From Arcobacteraceae bacterium (GTDB taxonomy: Bacteria > Campylobacterota > Campylobacteria > Campylobacterales > Arcobacteraceae), in contig OY759974.1 in the NCBI GenBank assembly GCA_963662945.1, positions 1,024,001-1,088,000 of the forward strand: a DNA stretch of 64,000 nucleotides. The letters are read 5' to 3'. The notes below the pieces were generated by a model. That model was not told the DNA's origin, did not search any database, and saw nothing but the letters and a program-made list of their open reading frames with translations. Positions 51,814-62,021 of this stretch are shown one piece after another (the stretch's first letter is position 1; the number at the start of each line of letters is the position of its first letter). A program made the position numbers and the translations under genes.

Positions 51814-52086
51814 ATGAAAAAAATCGTATTAGGAACATTAGTATGTAGTGTTGCTGCATTCGCTGCAGTTAATTTAGGAGCATGTAAAGGTTGTCACGGT
51901 GCAAACTTTGAAAAAGCTGCTTTAGGAAAATCTAAAATCGTTTCAGACATGACTAAAGATGAAGTTTCTGCTGCACTTGTTGGGTACAAAAATGGTACTT
52001 ACGGTGGGGCTATGAAAGGTGTAATGAAAGGTCAAGTTGCTAGATATAGTGAGGCTGAATTAAAATCTACTGGTCTTGGTAAATAA
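51814..52086 (+). CDS. Monoheme cytochrome c553-type
   Basis: Signal peptide, CKGCH, MKGVMKGQ Met-ligand region; ATG at 51814 after AGGAG. Confidence 0.93.
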   Translation: MKKIVLGTLVCSVAAFAAVNLGACKGCHGANFEKAALGKSKIVSDMTKDEVSAALVGYKNGTYGGAMKGVMKGQVARYSEAELKSTGLGK

Positions 52087-52113
52087 TTAAACTATTTTTA
52101 AATAGCAGATTTT

Positions 52114-52154
52114 AAAAGCCAATCACTTAATTTTAAGTGGTTGGCTTTTTTTTT
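52114..52154 (+). terminator. Intrinsic terminator after the monoheme cytochrome
   Basis: AAAAGCCAATCACTTAA-TT-TTAAGTGGTTGGCTTTT followed by a T run. Confidence 0.85.
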
Positions 52155-52189
52155 AGATTAAGTTAGATTATTTACACTGGGAGATTAAT

Positions 52190-52966
52190 ATGAGAAAAAT
52201 TACTTTAGGGATTTTAGCGTGTACAACAATACTTCTATGTGATGTAAATATTGAATCATGTAAAAGTTGTCATGGTGCTGATTTTGAAAAAGCAGCTCTT
52301 GGGAAGTCAAAAATCGTAAAAGATATGACAAAAAGTGAAGTTTCTGCTGCTCTAATTGGATACAAGAACGGTACATATGGTGATTCAATGAAAGGGATTA
52401 TGTACAATAACGTTAAGATGTACACCAATAAAGAATTAAGTACCACAGGTATTGGTTCAAGCACAAAAATTATGAAACAAGGTCTAAAAAGTTCTATTGA
52501 TCTTACTTCTTGTAAAGGATGTCATGGAGTTGATTTTGAAAAAGCAGCTCTTGGTAAATCTAAAATAGTAAGAGATATGACAAAAAGTGAAGTCTCTGCT
52601 GCTTTAATTGGATATAAACATGGTACTTATGGTGGAAGTATGAAAGGTATTATGTATAATAATGTCAAAATGTACACCAACAAAGAGTTAAGTACGACAG
52701 GTATAGGTGTAAATAATGTCATTCATAAAGAGCCAATTAAGAGTTCTATTGATTTGACTTCATGTAAAGAATGTCATGGGGTTGACTTTGAAAAAGCATC
52801 ACTTGGTTCTTCAAAAATTGTAAGAGATATGACTAAAGAAGAAGTTATAGAAGCACTTCTTGGATACAAAAATGGTACCTATGGTGGAAGTATGAAAGGT
52901 GTTATGATAGAAAAAGTGAAAGCTTACAGTGAAGAAGAATTAAGAACAACTGGATTAGGTAAATAA
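52190..52966 (+). CDS. Triheme cytochrome c built from three tandem c553 domains
   Basis: Signal peptide; CKSCH, CKGCH, CKECH at 52259, 52511 and 52763 (252-bp period). Confidence 0.9.
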   Translation: MRKITLGILACTTILLCDVNIESCKSCHGADFEKAALGKSKIVKDMTKSEVSAALIGYKNGTYGDSMKGIMYNNVKMYTNKELSTTGIGSSTKIMKQGLKSSIDLTSCKGCHGVDFEKAALGKSKIVRDMTKSEVSAALIGYKHGTYGGSMKGIMYNNVKMYTNKELSTTGIGVNNVIHKEPIKSSIDLTSCKECHGVDFEKASLGSSKIVRDMTKEEVIEALLGYKNGTYGGSMKGVMIEKVKAYSEEELRTTGLGK

Positions 52967-52970
52967 TAAA

Positions 52971-53192
52971 TTATTTATCTAATTCTTTTGCTTTCTTTTC
53001 TTTCATTGCTTTAACTTTTTCTTCTTTTTTAACCGCATCTTGCAAATCTTCTGTTGAATCGTTTAAAAGCCCATTCATCATCTTTTTCCCATCGTCAAAC
53101 TGCCCTTGTTTAACACCCCATATAAAAATACCTAAAAGTGTAAAACTTACAATAATTCCGACAATCAATTCTAACCATAATATGCCAGTCAT
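52971..53192 (-). CDS. ccoS: cbb3 oxidase maturation protein CcoS/FixS
   Basis: TM followed by FIWGVKQGQFDD; directly downstream of ccoI. Confidence 0.9.
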   Translation of the reverse strand: MTGILWLELIVGIIVSFTLLGIFIWGVKQGQFDDGKKMMNGLLNDSTEDLQDAVKKEEKVKAMKEKKAKELDK

Positions 53193-55610
53193 CTAATTTC
53201 CTTTATATTTATTATTATTTATTCTCATACTATTCCCAACTACTAGTAAAGAACTTAAACTCATAGATAAAGCAGCAACTAAAGGTATTACATATCCAGC
53301 CATTGCTATTGGAACTGTTAATACATTATATACCAATGATATAGCTAAATTTTGTTTGATGAAATTAAAAGTTCTTTTTGAGATATAGATACTTTTTTCT
53401 AATCCTTTTAAACTGTCGTTTAAAATAACCACATCACTTATTGCAATTGAAATATCAGCACCATTTCCCATAGAAATAGCAATAGAAGCTCTACTTAATG
53501 CTAATGCATCATTGACACCATCTCCTGCCATTACAACAATTTTTCCTTCATCTTTTAATTTTGAAATATAATTTGCTTTATCAATAGGTGACATTTTTGC
53601 CTTATAATTCGATATTCCAACTTGTGAAGCAACTTTTGAAACAATTTGTTCATTATCCCCACTGCACATAATCACTTCTATATTTTGTGACTTCAGATAC
53701 TCTATAGTTTCCTTCGCATCTTCTTTTATAGTATCTTCTAACTCAAAAGTAGCCATTAATTTATCATCTATTGCAAAGTGATATATTGTAGAATGATACT
53801 CCTTATCCACTAGAATATCTTGATTTATCAATAACTCTTTATTCCCACCATAAATATTTTTTCCATTATATTTAGACTGTAATCCTTGTGCATGAACTTG
53901 TTCCGTATTTTCTAACTCAACATGTAAAATATTTTCAAAATTTTCTTCTAAATACTTTTTTATTGCTTTACTAATAGGGTGTGTAGAACTATCTACCAGA
54001 CTATATAAAATATTTAATTGTTCATTATTTAATTTTTGACAATCTGTATGCGTCACAGATAATTTTCCAGAGGTAATAGTTCCCGTTTTATCCAAAACAA
54101 TCGTATCTGTTTTTGCAAATGTTTCTATAAATTTTGCTTCTTTAAATAATAATCCTTCACGAGCAAGCCAACTAACTCCAATAAGGCTTGCTATAGGTGT
54201 TGCTAATGCTAAAGCACAAGGACAAGCAATTATAATTACAGAAATTGCTATAATTAATGACTTTTCAAAACTTCCATCATAAAAATACCATCCAGCAAAT
54301 GTAGCAAGGGCAAGAGATAATATTACAATAGAAAAATATTTTGAAAGTTCATTTGTCACATCTTCTATTTTTGGTTTTGAATTTAATGAATCTTCAAGTA
54401 ATTCAACAATACTATTTAAAGTAGAATTTGCATAATTTTTTACTGCTTTATATCGAATAACTTGATTTAAATTAACAGTTCCACTATATATTTTATCTCC
54501 AAGTTTTTTTAAAACAGGTAGTGATTCTCCACTAATACTACTCTCATCAAATGTAGTTTCACCACTTATTAACTCTCCATCTACACTTGCTTTCTCACCA
54601 TTTTTGACTTCAATGATATCCCCAATTTCTATTTTATCTAAAGGAACTACTTTTTTTCCACCATCGACAATAATGGTAGCTTCCAAGGGAATCGTTGATT
54701 TAATTTTATCCATAGTATCAACTGCACCTTTTTTCCCAATAACTTCAAGATATTTACCTACAAGAACAAAAGTAATAATCATAGCTGCACTATCAAAATA
54801 GCTGTGTCCATTTCCACCAAATAAAACATACAGTGAATAGATATAAATTAATGTAGCACCTGAACTAACAAGAAAATCCATATTTAATATTTTATTTTTT
54901 AGACCATAATATGCCCCTCGGAAAAATATCCATCCACTGTAAAAAACAACAGGTGTTGCAAAAATAAATTCAGCCATATGAATAAGTCTAAGCATATCTT
55001 CTTCCATACCAGTAAAAAAACCAGTATATTTAGCAACGCCTATCATCATAATATTCATCGAAGCAAAAATTGCCACACTCATCCGTAAAAAATAATCTCT
55101 TTTATTTTTTGTGGCTTTTTTTTCACTCTCACTTCTATCATAAGGATATGCGTTATATCCTATACTTCTAATTTTATCAATTATTGCAGATAATTTTATT
55201 GTATTTTCATCCCAAATTATTTTGGCCTTATTATTTGTAAAGTTTATACTCGCTTCTACTATTCCTGGTGTTTGTGCTAATACTTTTTCATTTAACCAAA
55301 TACAAGCTGCACAATGAATACCTTCAATAATCAAATCAACTCGACTAAATCCTTCGTTAGTAGTTTTAATATATCTAGTTTTAAAACTCTCCATATCAAA
55401 GTTACTACTATCAGCCCCAAGTGCAACTGGCGGTGCAATACTATTTTTACCCATTTTCTCGTAAAAACTATCTAACCCATCATCTTTTAAAAGATGATAC
55501 ACACCTTGACACCCATTACAACAAAAATTTAATTCTGGATTATCAGACTCCTTTATCATCACTTTTTCATCAAATTCTAAATGACAGTGTGTACATTTTA
55601 CTAATGACAT
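53193..55610 (-). CDS. ccoI: Copper-translocating P1B-type ATPase CcoI/FixI
   Basis: CTHC...FCCNGC N-terminus, HCAAC, CPCALALATP, DKTGT, GDGVND, YN/MS.SS; coupled to ccoS. Confidence 0.9.
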   Translation of the reverse strand: MSLVKCTHCHLEFDEKVMIKESDNPELNFCCNGCQGVYHLLKDDGLDSFYEKMGKNSIAPPVALGADSSNFDMESFKTRYIKTTNEGFSRVDLIIEGIHCAACIWLNEKVLAQTPGIVEASINFTNNKAKIIWDENTIKLSAIIDKIRSIGYNAYPYDRSESEKKATKNKRDYFLRMSVAIFASMNIMMIGVAKYTGFFTGMEEDMLRLIHMAEFIFATPVVFYSGWIFFRGAYYGLKNKILNMDFLVSSGATLIYIYSLYVLFGGNGHSYFDSAAMIITFVLVGKYLEVIGKKGAVDTMDKIKSTIPLEATIIVDGGKKVVPLDKIEIGDIIEVKNGEKASVDGELISGETTFDESSISGESLPVLKKLGDKIYSGTVNLNQVIRYKAVKNYANSTLNSIVELLEDSLNSKPKIEDVTNELSKYFSIVILSLALATFAGWYFYDGSFEKSLIIAISVIIIACPCALALATPIASLIGVSWLAREGLLFKEAKFIETFAKTDTIVLDKTGTITSGKLSVTHTDCQKLNNEQLNILYSLVDSSTHPISKAIKKYLEENFENILHVELENTEQVHAQGLQSKYNGKNIYGGNKELLINQDILVDKEYHSTIYHFAIDDKLMATFELEDTIKEDAKETIEYLKSQNIEVIMCSGDNEQIVSKVASQVGISNYKAKMSPIDKANYISKLKDEGKIVVMAGDGVNDALALSRASIAISMGNGADISIAISDVVILNDSLKGLEKSIYISKRTFNFIKQNLAISLVYNVLTVPIAMAGYVIPLVAALSMSLSSLLVVGNSMRINNNKYKGN

Positions 55611-56116
55611 TCAAACAATCCTAATTCTCTATTTTTTTTAATCTTTTTATATTTTTCGACCATTCCATGCATTGATATAAATACTCCACTTTTTTTATGT
55701 GATAAAAGGTATCCATATCCCATCATCATATTTGCAACTGCTTCAACTTTATTGATACTATAAGGTACCATAGCACCAGTTAATATTATTTGTTTATCTT
55801 TAAGATTTTGATCTAAAAATAAAGCAGTTTGATCCATCGTATCTGTTCCGTGAATAATTAAAATTTTTTTATATTTAGATTTATTGATAAACTCTACTAA
55901 TAACTTTCTATCTTCATTTGTCATATCTAAACTATCTTTATAAATAATACCTTTTACTTCAATATTATCTATTTTAGATTTATTCAATATTTCTTTTACT
56001 AAATCATTATTCTTCTTAATTACTAAACTTCCATTAAGTTCATTATACTGTTTATTAAATGTTCCACCAGTATTTATTAAGAGAATATTTTTATTATTTT
56101 TCATTTTATTATTCAC
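55601..56116 (-). CDS. Short asparaginase-domain protein
   Basis: TGGTFNK, KDSLDM, HGTDTM, LTGAMVP; no C-terminal domain. Confidence 0.85.
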   Translation of the reverse strand: MNNKMKNNKNILLINTGGTFNKQYNELNGSLVIKKNNDLVKEILNKSKIDNIEVKGIIYKDSLDMTNEDRKLLVEFINKSKYKKILIIHGTDTMDQTALFLDQNLKDKQIILTGAMVPYSINKVEAVANMMMGYGYLLSHKKSGVFISMHGMVEKYKKIKKNRELGLFECH

Positions 56117-56169
56117 TATTTATTAAATTTGTTGTATTATATAAAAAGTATTATAAATAAAGAGAGATT

Positions 56170-57792
56170 ATGAACAACGATGTTTCAAGATTAAAAGATA
56201 TTACAGTTTTGTATTGTGAAGATGAACAATATCTTAGAGATGTAACTAAAGGTATTTTAGAAACATTTACTAAAAAACAATTTATTGCAGAAGATGGTGC
56301 AATAGGTTTAGAACTCTTTAAAAAATATGAAGACGAGATTGATTTAATTATTACTGATGTTAATATGCCAAATATGAATGGTTTAGATATGACAAAAGAG
56401 ATTAAAGCAATCAACCCAAATATTCCGATTGTTGTGGCAACAGCATTTTCAAACTCTGAATATCTTCTTGAAGCTATTGAATTAGGTGTTGATAAATATG
56501 TGTTAAAACCTATCAATATCAAAAAATTACTTGATACTATGAATCAATCTTTAATGTATCATGAACTAAGAGATTTATACAAAGATTCTTTAACACATGT
56601 AGCTAACAGAAATGCACTTATTAAAGATATATCAAAACTTTCAAAGTCTACTATTGCATTAATAGATATTGATAAATTTTCTGTATTAAATGACTTGTAT
56701 GGTGAACAAAATGGTGATGAGATTCTTATACAATTTACTGCTCTTTTAAATCAACATTTTAACAAAGAGACTTTTAAAATTTATAGAGTGGGTTCTGACC
56801 GATTTGTAATACTCTCAAATGACCCTAATTTAGACGTAGAAACATTAAAACAAGAATGTACACAATTTGCTCTAAAAATAGACACTGATGGTGTAGATGT
56901 TAAAGATACAAATATTGATGTTAATATTACAATAGGACTAGCACAATCTGAAGATAAACATGCTTTTGAATATGCACAACGAGCTATCCAAAAAGCAAGA
57001 AAAAAATATCTTCAAATTTTAGAATATGATGAATCATTATTTGAACAAAAGAAAGATTTTCAAGAAAATATTACTTGGATTAAAAAAATAAAAAGTGGTA
57101 TTGCTGATAATAGTTTTCACTCATATCTACAACCAATTGTTGATGCCCATACACAACAGGTATACAAATATGAAGCCCTTATACGATATATAGGTGAAGA
57201 TGGAAAAGAAGTTGCCCCATTTTACTTTCTTCCAATTGCAAAAAAAGCAAAACTTTTCCCTATTATTATTAAAATTATGCTTACAAATGTAATTGAAATA
57301 ATAAAAGAAAGAGGGGTAAGAATTGCTGTAAATCTTTCTTTTGATGATATAGTAAATAAAGAAACTTCACATTTTATATACTCAACCTTAGAAAACCATC
57401 CAGAAGAAGCTAAACTTTTAGAATTTGAAATTTTAGAAAGTGAAGAGATTGAAGATTTTGACATCGTAAGAGAATTTATTGCAAAAATACGAGAGTTAGG
57501 TTGTCAAATTGGTGTAGATGACTTTGGTGCTGGATATTCTAACTTTAATATGTTAGAAGCTTTAAATATTGATTATGTAAAAATTGATGGTTCTTTAATT
57601 AAAGAGATAGATCACTTACCAAAACAAGCTTTAATCGTTGAAACCATTGCTCAATTTTGTAAAAAACTTGGTATTAAAACCGTTGCTGAATTTGTTTGTA
57701 GTGAAGAGATATATAATACTGCAAAAAAACTAGGAATTGATTATATGCAAGGTTACCATTTTGGTAAACCAGTCAATAAAAATGATATCTAA
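56170..57792 (+). CDS. REC-GGDEF(degenerate)-EAL protein, likely c-di-GMP phosphodiesterase
   Basis: REC (EDE, DVNMP, KP); GSDRF in place of GGDEF; YEALIR, EILES, DDFGAGYSNF, VKIDG, AEFV, QGY. Confidence 0.9.
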   Translation: MNNDVSRLKDITVLYCEDEQYLRDVTKGILETFTKKQFIAEDGAIGLELFKKYEDEIDLIITDVNMPNMNGLDMTKEIKAINPNIPIVVATAFSNSEYLLEAIELGVDKYVLKPINIKKLLDTMNQSLMYHELRDLYKDSLTHVANRNALIKDISKLSKSTIALIDIDKFSVLNDLYGEQNGDEILIQFTALLNQHFNKETFKIYRVGSDRFVILSNDPNLDVETLKQECTQFALKIDTDGVDVKDTNIDVNITIGLAQSEDKHAFEYAQRAIQKARKKYLQILEYDESLFEQKKDFQENITWIKKIKSGIADNSFHSYLQPIVDAHTQQVYKYEALIRYIGEDGKEVAPFYFLPIAKKAKLFPIIIKIMLTNVIEIIKERGVRIAVNLSFDDIVNKETSHFIYSTLENHPEEAKLLEFEILESEEIEDFDIVREFIAKIRELGCQIGVDDFGAGYSNFNMLEALNIDYVKIDGSLIKEIDHLPKQALIVETIAQFCKKLGIKTVAEFVCSEEIYNTAKKLGIDYMQGYHFGKPVNKNDI

Positions 57793-57793
57793 T

Positions 57794-58408
57794 CTAACTA
57801 TTCCATATTTTTACTAAAGTTTCATTATCAAACATTTTAGATTTTATAAGTGCACTTTTTGCAACTGATATTAATTTATCAGCTGCTTCGTCTAAATCAT
57901 CATTAATAATTAAATAATCATATTCTTGAGTATATTTTATCTCAATTTGTGCATTTTTAATTCTTTTTTCTATTACTTCAATAGAGTCTGTACCTCTTGA
58001 AGTTAATCTATGTTCTAACTCTTTCAATGTTGGAGTTGTTATAAAAACTGTTGTAGTAATATCTCGTAGCTTTTCTATTACTTGTTCAAAACCTTGAACA
58101 TCAATATCAAATATAACGAGTTTCCCCTTATCTAATGCCTCTTGCATAGGTTTTAAAGATGTACCATAATAATTCCCATGAACTTCTGCCCATTCTAAAA
58201 AATTACCTTCTGCAACATCTTTTAAAAACTCTTCTTTTGTAACAAAATAATAATCAACACCATCTTGTTCTCCAACCCTTGGAGCACGTGTAGTTGTTGA
58301 AATAGAAAAATAATAATTATCAATAACTTGATAAAGTTTTTTTAAAAGAGAACTTTTTCCACAACCGCTAGGGCCTGATAGAAGAAGAACTGCACCTTTA
58401 TCAAACAT
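57794..58408 (-). CDS. gmk: Guanylate kinase
   Basis: SGPSGCGKSS, SISTTTRAPR.GE.DG.DY, NYYGT, DIDVQG. Start probably the ATG at 58408; the track gives 58420. Confidence 0.96.
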   Translation of the reverse strand: MFDKGAVLLLSGPSGCGKSSLLKKLYQVIDNYYFSISTTTRAPRVGEQDGVDYYFVTKEEFLKDVAEGNFLEWAEVHGNYYGTSLKPMQEALDKGKLVIFDIDVQGFEQVIEKLRDITTTVFITTPTLKELEHRLTSRGTDSIEVIEKRIKNAQIEIKYTQEYDYLIINDDLDEAADKLISVAKSALIKSKMFDNETLVKIWNS

Positions 58409-58409
58409 A

Positions 58410-59258
58410 TTATTTAGCATTTGTATCCAGTTTTAAAAGTAAACTAACTTCATTTCCATCAGCTAATGAATCTATTATTTCTTGATCTAACATACTTAGA
58501 AGTGGTTTTAATTCATCTAGTTCATAATTATTTAAAAGTAATTTAATTGGATTATTATCCACTCTGTCATAAATATGATCAACAGTATTTACTTCATCAA
58601 TTGCTTGATCTATTATAGAAGATAAATCAATCCACTGTTCCTCTGATTCTTCATCTGCATCAACAAAATTATTTGGTGTATTATATGCTGTTTGTTCACC
58701 TATAATACTCTCAATCATCGAGAGTTCATTTCTATCTAAAACGCCACCTTGATTGACAGAACTTCTTGAAACAACACTATCGTCTACTTCTTCTTTCATA
58801 TCATCTGCAATATCGTCAGCTAAACTTTCTAGATATTCAATTGAAACAGTAGGATCGTCTTTTTGTAATGTGTCGATGGCAAATTCATCAAAATCTTCAT
58901 CTTCAACTTCAATATTTGATACGTATGTTTTAGAATTTATTCTTTTATTCAATATCTCAATTTGTTTTTCTAAAATATCTTGTAATGATGAAGGTAAAAA
59001 TGGCATAGGAATGATAAAATCATTTGCAAATTCAAATGGTAAATCTTCTTTTGAAATTGCACCGATTAATTTTGAATATGTTTTTATGATATTAAATCTA
59101 TCATTAATAAACTCATTATCTAGTACTATCAAATCTACTTTATGATCTATTTGAGCATCATGTAAAATCTCCAAAGAGATATTTAATTTTTTACAAACTA
59201 ATGTAAATATTTGAATAACAATAGGTTTTTTTGAAACTAAAACTAAATTTTTATTCAT
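58410..59258 (-). CDS. Highly acidic protein (Cj1178c-like position) with a degenerate receiver-like N-terminus
   Basis: D/E-rich body; PFLPS and GGVLD..E motifs; upstream of gmk. Confidence 0.6.
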   Translation of the reverse strand: MNKNLVLVSKKPIVIQIFTLVCKKLNISLEILHDAQIDHKVDLIVLDNEFINDRFNIIKTYSKLIGAISKEDLPFEFANDFIIPMPFLPSSLQDILEKQIEILNKRINSKTYVSNIEVEDEDFDEFAIDTLQKDDPTVSIEYLESLADDIADDMKEEVDDSVVSRSSVNQGGVLDRNELSMIESIIGEQTAYNTPNNFVDADEESEEQWIDLSSIIDQAIDEVNTVDHIYDRVDNNPIKLLLNNYELDELKPLLSMLDQEIIDSLADGNEVSLLLKLDTNAK

Positions 59259-59276
59259 CTAGTGCTCTTTTTAATC

Positions 59277-59954
59277 TCATTTTAATTGCTCCAATCTATA
59301 ATCATTGAGTTTGTAAACTTTATTACACTTAAATGCTATCTCTTCTTCATGTGTAACTATTATCAATCCAGCACTATTTTTTTCAATATAATCAAACAAA
59401 ACATTTATAACTTCATTTGCTGTTTCATGATCCAAATTTCCAGTTGGTTCATCAGCAAAAATAATTTTAGGTTTTTTAGTAAGAACCCTTGCACACGACA
59501 AACGCTGCTGTTGTCCTCCACTTAATTCACCAATACCTTGTGTCATTACATGATCAATTTTTAAAGATTTTAATAAATCTTCATTAATAGTTTCTTGACT
59601 TAAAAACTCCGATATTTTTAAATTTTCTAATGCACTAAATCCACGAAATAAATAGTGTGCTTGAAAAATTATACCAAAATCATTTCGTCTGATTTGTAAT
59701 AGTTCATTTTTAGATAAATTAAAAATATTCTCACTATTGTAGTATACTTCACCTTTATTTGGAATCAATAAAGAAGAAAATATGTTCAGTAAAGTAGATT
59801 TTCCGCTACCACTTACACCAATAATAGCAATAGTTTCTTTTTTTTCTAATGTTAAATTAATATCTTCAAAAAGTGGATAGTCAAAGTTATGAGACACTCC
59901 CCTTACTTGAAGTAAGGGGGTTTCTGTAGTTTTAGTGTTACTAGTATCTTTCAT
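59277..59954 (-). CDS. ABC transporter ATP-binding protein
   Basis: GVSGSGKST, LSGGQQQR, ADEPTGNLD, VTH. Confidence 0.92.
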   Translation of the reverse strand: MKDTSNTKTTETPLLQVRGVSHNFDYPLFEDINLTLEKKETIAIIGVSGSGKSTLLNIFSSLLIPNKGEVYYNSENIFNLSKNELLQIRRNDFGIIFQAHYLFRGFSALENLKISEFLSQETINEDLLKSLKIDHVMTQGIGELSGGQQQRLSCARVLTKKPKIIFADEPTGNLDHETANEVINVLFDYIEKNSAGLIIVTHEEEIAFKCNKVYKLNDYRLEQLK

Positions 59955-59987
59955 CTATATTAACACTAGGTTTTGTAACTATTGTTA

Positions 59988-61037
59988 CTATTTACCCATT
60001 TGTGCAGCTACTTCTGCTGCGAAATCTTCTTCTTTTTTCTCAATTCCATCACCAAGTTCAAATCTTACATATTCTACGATTTTAATTGATGCATCACATT
60101 CTTTTATAGCTTCTTCTACAGTTTTAGAATCATCCATAACATAAGTTTGACTTAATAATGCGTGTGTTTTATCTAATTGAGTATTATCTTCAATCCATCT
60201 AGCTACTTTACCAACTAAAATATTGTCAATAATTTTTTCAGGTTTCCCTTCAGCTATTAATTCTTCTTTCATTTTAGCTCGTGCAGCTTCAATTGCTTCT
60301 TCTGTTAATTGAACTCTTGAAACATACTCTGGAATGTTTTTTAATGGTTTTCCAAGTCTTACATACTCTTCATTTAATTTTTCAATATCTGCAATAATTG
60401 CTTTATTTTCTGATTCAATAAAATCAGCATCTAAATCTTGGTAAGAGATAACTGTTGGTTTCATAGAAGCAGCATGCATTGCAATTTTCTTTAATAAATC
60501 AATTGTTTTTTCTTTTGCAGAAGCGTCACAAGTTGCTGAAAGTAAAACACCAACTTTTCCTAAATGTACATAACCATTTACTACACCATTATCAGTCGAA
60601 ATAGTTACCATTTTTCTTGCAACAAGATTTTCACCAATAGTAGCAATATTTGAATTTAAGTATTCTTCGAAATTAACACCATTAATTTCTGTTTTATTTA
60701 ACTCTTCAGTACAAGTTACACCTGTAGTTTGTACGTGTGCTGTAATTGCATCTTTAAGTGCTAAAAAGTTTGCATTTTTAGCAACAAAGTCAGTTTGAGA
60801 GTTAATCTCTGTCATTGTAGCTTTTGTATAGTCATCATTTACTAAAATAGATACTAAACCTTCAGCTGCAACATTTGAAGATTTTTTAGCAGCTTTAGAA
60901 AGTCCAGCTTCTCTTAAAAACTTCATAGCTTCGTCAAGATCACCATTACATTCATTTAAAGCATTTTTACAATCAAGCATTCCTGCACCAGATTTTTCTC
61001 TAAGTTCTTTAATTAATTTTGGTGTTGCTCCTGCCAT
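59988..61037 (-). CDS. tsf: Elongation factor Ts
   Basis: KELREKSGAGMLDCKNAL, AAEG, NSQTDFVAKN, RFELG.GI. Confidence 0.98.
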   Translation of the reverse strand: MAGATPKLIKELREKSGAGMLDCKNALNECNGDLDEAMKFLREAGLSKAAKKSSNVAAEGLVSILVNDDYTKATMTEINSQTDFVAKNANFLALKDAITAHVQTTGVTCTEELNKTEINGVNFEEYLNSNIATIGENLVARKMVTISTDNGVVNGYVHLGKVGVLLSATCDASAKEKTIDLLKKIAMHAASMKPTVISYQDLDADFIESENKAIIADIEKLNEEYVRLGKPLKNIPEYVSRVQLTEEAIEAARAKMKEELIAEGKPEKIIDNILVGKVARWIEDNTQLDKTHALLSQTYVMDDSKTVEEAIKECDASIKIVEYVRFELGDGIEKKEEDFAAEVAAQMGK

Positions 61038-61039
61038 AA

Positions 61040-61837
61040 TTATTTTTCCTCTTCCATTGCAAATTCTTCAGAAAAATCTTCAGCTTCTGCTGCTACTTCT
61101 TCTTTAACTTCTGACATTTCTGCTTCTGTTACTGGTGACTCTTCACCATTAGCTTCAGCGTAAGCTGCTCTACCTTCGTTCATAGCTGCTGCAAATTCTG
61201 TACAGAATAATTGTACTGATCTAATTGCATCATCATTTCCTGGGATTGGGAAATCAACTAAATCTGGATCACAGTTTGTATCTAATGGAGCGAATACTTT
61301 AATTCCAAGTCTTCTAGCTTCTAAAATAGCAATTTTTTCTTTAACAGCATCAATAACAAACATCATATCTGGAAGTTGTTTCATATCTTTGATACCACCA
61401 AGGTAATCTTCTAGTTTTTTCTCTTTTCTAGTAAGCATTAAAGCTTCTTTTTTAGTTAAAAGATCAAGTTGACCTTCTTCTCTCATTTTTTTGATAATTT
61501 CAAGTTTTCTAATTGATTTTTTCATTGTTGGGTAGTTTGTTAACATACCACCTAACCATCTGTGGTTTACGTATGGCATACCACAAGATTCTGCTGCATC
61601 TTTAATAGCTTGAGTTGCTTGTTTTTTAGTACCTACGAAAATCATTGTTTGACCTTCAGCTGCCATATCTCTAACAACAGTATATGTGTATCTGAAGTAT
61701 CTTAATGTTTTTTGTAAGTCAATAATATAAATATTTTTTCTTACACCGAAAATGAATTTTTTCATTTTTGGATTCCATCTTCTTGTTTGGTGACCGAAAT
61801 GTACACCACACTCTAATAAGTCTTTCATTGTAACCAT
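61040..61837 (-). CDS. rpsB: 30S ribosomal protein S2
   Basis: [40 protein letters not shown]. True start is the ATG at 61837 after AAGGA; the track extends to 61900. Confidence 0.98.
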   Translation of the reverse strand: MVTMKDLLECGVHFGHQTRRWNPKMKKFIFGVRKNIYIIDLQKTLRYFRYTYTVVRDMAAEGQTMIFVGTKKQATQAIKDAAESCGMPYVNHRWLGGMLTNYPTMKKSIRKLEIIKKMREEGQLDLLTKKEALMLTRKEKKLEDYLGGIKDMKQLPDMMFVIDAVKEKIAILEARRLGIKVFAPLDTNCDPDLVDFPIPGNDDAIRSVQLFCTEFAAAMNEGRAAYAEANGEESPVTEAEMSEVKEEVAAEAEDFSEEFAMEEEK

Positions 61838-61877
61838 AGTTTTGTTCCTTCTTTTGCCATTTTGGCGGATTATTTTA

Positions 61878-61948
61878 GGGGTTTTGTCCTCTGTAGTCAT
61901 TCACATCAATATTTTGATGCAACCCTTTTAAAGAATTACTACATGTGA
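61878..61948 (-). ncRNA. rpsB 5' leader (t44 / S2 autoregulatory element)
   Basis: Minus strand CACATGTAGT...GGGTTGCATCAAAATATTGATGTG...GACTACAGAGGACAAAACCCC: TGTAGT/ACTACA stem, inner hairpin and GAGG...AACCCC end, upstream of rpsB. Confidence 0.7.
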
Positions 61949-62021
61949 GATTTCACGGTAATTCAAACAAAATTTGAATTAAAGGATTGCGATTTTATCT
62001 AAATAAACTTTAAACTACTCT

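Noticed and set aside
52250-52960. Regularly spaced repeats considered as a possible array
   Set aside because: They are in-frame protein domain repeats with no unique spacers and no cas genes
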